Below, one piece after another: positions 34,562-37,153 of a DNA stretch of 37,153 nt. The stretch comes from Neoconidiobolus thromboides FSU 785 (taxonomy: Eukaryota; Fungi; Entomophthoromycota). Where the stretch lies: NCBI GenBank assembly GCA_025603075.1, contig MU626447.1, forward strand, positions 1-37,153, given 5' to 3'. How positions within the stretch are numbered: position 1 is the first letter of the stretch; each line of letters begins with the position of its first letter. Made by a program: the position numbers and the translations under genes. Below the pieces are notes generated by a model that was not told the origin of the DNA, did not search any database, and was given only the letters and a program-made list of their open reading frames with translations.

Positions 34562-36356
34562 AAATGTTCAAATGGTAGTAAAGTAGACTGATCAAACACA
34601 TGTTATTTTAGTTTGTTAATAATTTGGCGCTCTGCAATTAACTTGCTTTCAATTATATCCTATAAGAAGCTTAATAAAGAATGGTATTGCTTTATGTTTT
34701 ACAATTTAATAGCCCTAGATAGCTTCTCATTATTTGAGATTTATAATTGCTACATTATCAATAGTTTTTCAAACCATATGATGCCAAGGGAGAACTTCTC
34801 AGGCTCAATTTAGTATCAAGATTAAAAGACAATCTTTTATTTAATCATTGGCAATAGCCTCTTATTTATACTGTACTGTTTGATATATGAATAGTCTGAT
34901 TGAATTTATACATACTCTTTAATAAACCGCATTTTTAAAAATAATATAATGATTCTTTTCTATTTTGAATAATGTATTTCCTAATAATACAAGTAGCAAA
35001 TATTTGAAATATAGTTTAGGATAAAACTTTATTTTAACTAAGATTGTGTTTAAAATAAGTTTTTTGAAACTAGATTTTAAGAGCAATATTAATACCTGTA
35101 AGCATAATAAATAAATTACTCAGTAGTTATAATGTGAAAAAGGAATTCTGTTTAAGAATCTAAGTGGTTTTTAATGACTTTTCCTAATAACAACACAATA
35201 CCTATGCTTTTTTATCATTAAGGTCTTCCATCTTGTAAGGCGTATTTAAAACTATTAGATAGGAATGTTTCTAGTTTATTATACAAAAGTATGATTACCT
35301 AATTAGTAATAAAGTTCTTTTTTCAAAAAGTAATATAAATATGATAGTTGATGTAGTTTTGTAACACTTAATCCAAGTAAAAAACACTAAACTTATGCTC
35401 TTTATGCTAGCTTTGAAACAATTCACTGCCATATTTGGTATATTGCCTATTATCTAGATTTAAATAAAACAACTTCTAGGATTCTTAATTAAAACAAATT
35501 TTGGAGATAATGCTTTATAAGATACTCCAAAAAATATATTTAATTAAAAAAGGTATCTATTTGATAAAAAGAAAGCTCAGCTCAAATTCAACCGAAAGTA
35601 AGAAACTAACTCTTTCTTAAGTTTATATCAAATACCAATATACTATTAAAAGTTAGATAAAAAGCGGCATTCATCAAAACTTCATTACTATTGATTTAAT
35701 ATAGAAACCAATTTTTAAATCAAGAGAATGAGCGCTAATAATATATTAAAGCTTTTATGGAATAAATATTTCATTTTAATAAAATTATTCAAATACCATG
35801 TATACGTTCGGTTTATGCCCATTAAATATCCTCTAAAAATAAACTGTCACCATGGTTGCTTTAATAAAAAGTTCAAAAAGTTCCCACAATCATCTTACTG
35901 ATTTATATTTACTAATGCTTAGTTTTTGAGCTTATAACTCACTATTATCACCTGATATTCATGATATAACCTAAGCTAGTATCAAAACTCTAAACCAGAT
36001 GCCTTAGCTATGTGTTTGGTTTAATATAAATACACATAGTCTTTTTATATACAAAATATTGGCCTATAATGAATTGACCTTTTCTAATAACTTTAGTAGA
36101 GTTAGAGACTCATGAGAGGCTCATTTACCAATAAAGTTTAAGAAAAATGAGTTTGACTTTATTCTTTTTAACCAAAATGATTTACTTTTAAATACCAAAT
36201 TTTCTCATTATATCTTATAAACAAAAGAATATACTTAAGCAAAAATTAGCGGAAAATGAACTAGAATATTAAATAACCGAGAAAAACGGTTGGAGTGAAA
36301 TCCATATAAATTAACCAAATAAATAAAATCAAGAAATAAAAACAACTTTTATTTAT

Positions 36357-37153
36357 ATGCTTCAATTTATCATCGTTACATTATTATTAAGCCAAAGCTT
36401 GATCAGTCAAGCTATAATTCAAGGCAATGATGAGCGCTTACCTAATGTTGCTAATGATCCTAACTTGGCCATTTTTATTGAAGGATTAAAAATAATTAAA
36501 TACACCTATGTAGATAAAAAACCACCCAACTTTTCTGGTTTCACAGGGTCAAATTTAAAGTCTAGTACTCCAGAAGAAGCTCAAAGAGTTTCTAGTTTTG
36601 CTGGTGCAGCTTATTGCTCTACTCATACATTAACAAGTTGGAAGTGTAATCATTGTGAAAGAATAGGAGCAGGTATCCAAGTTAAACATATTTTTGAAGA
36701 CCTTTTTACAGGAGGTAGAGGTTTCTTAGCTTTAGATGAAGCTAAGAAGCAGATTATTGTATCATTTAGAGGCAGTTATAATATACAAAATTGGGTCGGC
36801 AATGCCAGGCTCTTGCAATCACAATATTTGGTTGAAAGTGGTGGTACTGATATTTATATACATACTGGATTTAAAGATGGAATAAACGCTTTACTACCAA
36901 AATTTAAAAATGAGTTTGATACTTTATTAAAAGAGCATGGTGATTTTAAGGTCATTGTTACAGGCCACTCTTTAGGTGGTGCTATGGCTACTTTAGCTTC
37001 AATTGAACTTAAAAAAGCTTTTGGTTTAAACTGGGATAGAATTGAATTGTTTACTTATGGTGAGCCAAGGGTAGGAAACCTTGCTTTTGCTGAATGGTTT
37101 AACTCTCAAACGTTAACCGTATCTCGTGTTGTCAATGATAGAGATATTGTACC
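36357..37153 (+). CDS. Secreted class 3 lipase (Rhizomucor/Rhizopus-type alpha/beta hydrolase), 3'-truncated by the window end; absent from the ORF track because no stop codon is in the window
   Basis: Open frame: MLQFIIVTLLLSQSLISQA (signal-peptide-like)...AAYC...WKCNHC...IIVSFRGS...HTGF...VIVTGHSLGGAMATLAS...LFTYGEPRVGN...SRVVNDRDIV. The GHSLG nucleophile motif is at 36963-36977. Confidence 0.95.
   Translation, partial: MLQFIIVTLLLSQSLISQAIIQGNDERLPNVANDPNLAIFIEGLKIIKYTYVDKKPPNFSGFTGSNLKSSTPEEAQRVSSFAGAAYCSTHTLTSWKCNHCERIGAGIQVKHIFEDLFTGGRGFLALDEAKKQIIVSFRGSYNIQNWVGNARLLQSQYLVESGGTDIYIHTGFKDGINALLPKFKNEFDTLLKEHGDFKVIVTGHSLGGAMATLASIELKKAFGLNWDRIELFTYGEPRVGNLAFAEWFNSQTLTVSRVVNDRDIV

Noticed and set aside
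34600-36100. Possible decayed transposase or gene, including ORF 34613-34813
   Set aside because: In the frames I translated, stop density is about what AT-rich random sequence gives, and I recognised no DDE, RT or lipase motif. A profile search could still find a relic.

Overview
AT-rich eukaryotic, almost certainly fungal DNA with many short (~45-60 bp) GT-AG introns and poly-Asn tracts. An early-diverging lineage such as Entomophthorales/Zoopagomycota is an inference from style only. The window has two compartments. Bases 1-19.5 kb hold densely packed housekeeping genes in three head-to-head pairs (ETR1/MECR with an ECD/Ecdysoneless-like gene, VPS8 with the PP2A catalytic subunit, CFT1/CPSF160 with NECAP) plus tRNA-Val(UAC) and tRNA-Phe(GAA). 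Bases 19.6-37.1 kb form an accessory compartment: a frameshifted class 3 lipase pseudogene, a cluster of three paralogous genes encoding PH-domain proteins with long acidic disordered regions, and an intact secreted class 3 lipase cut by the window end. Two of the paralogs carry an amphipathic-basic motif (consensus RPFLxRxLSGKRKS, regularly spaced in paralog 3) and a second C-terminal PH domain. The third carries a PxxPxK array and a polybasic tail instead. Seven copies of a ~98-bp MITE-like element (GGGGATGT...ACAYCCCC, 4-bp target-site duplication ATAT or AAAT) are scattered through intergenic DNA. All calls were made by eye; no database searches were run.
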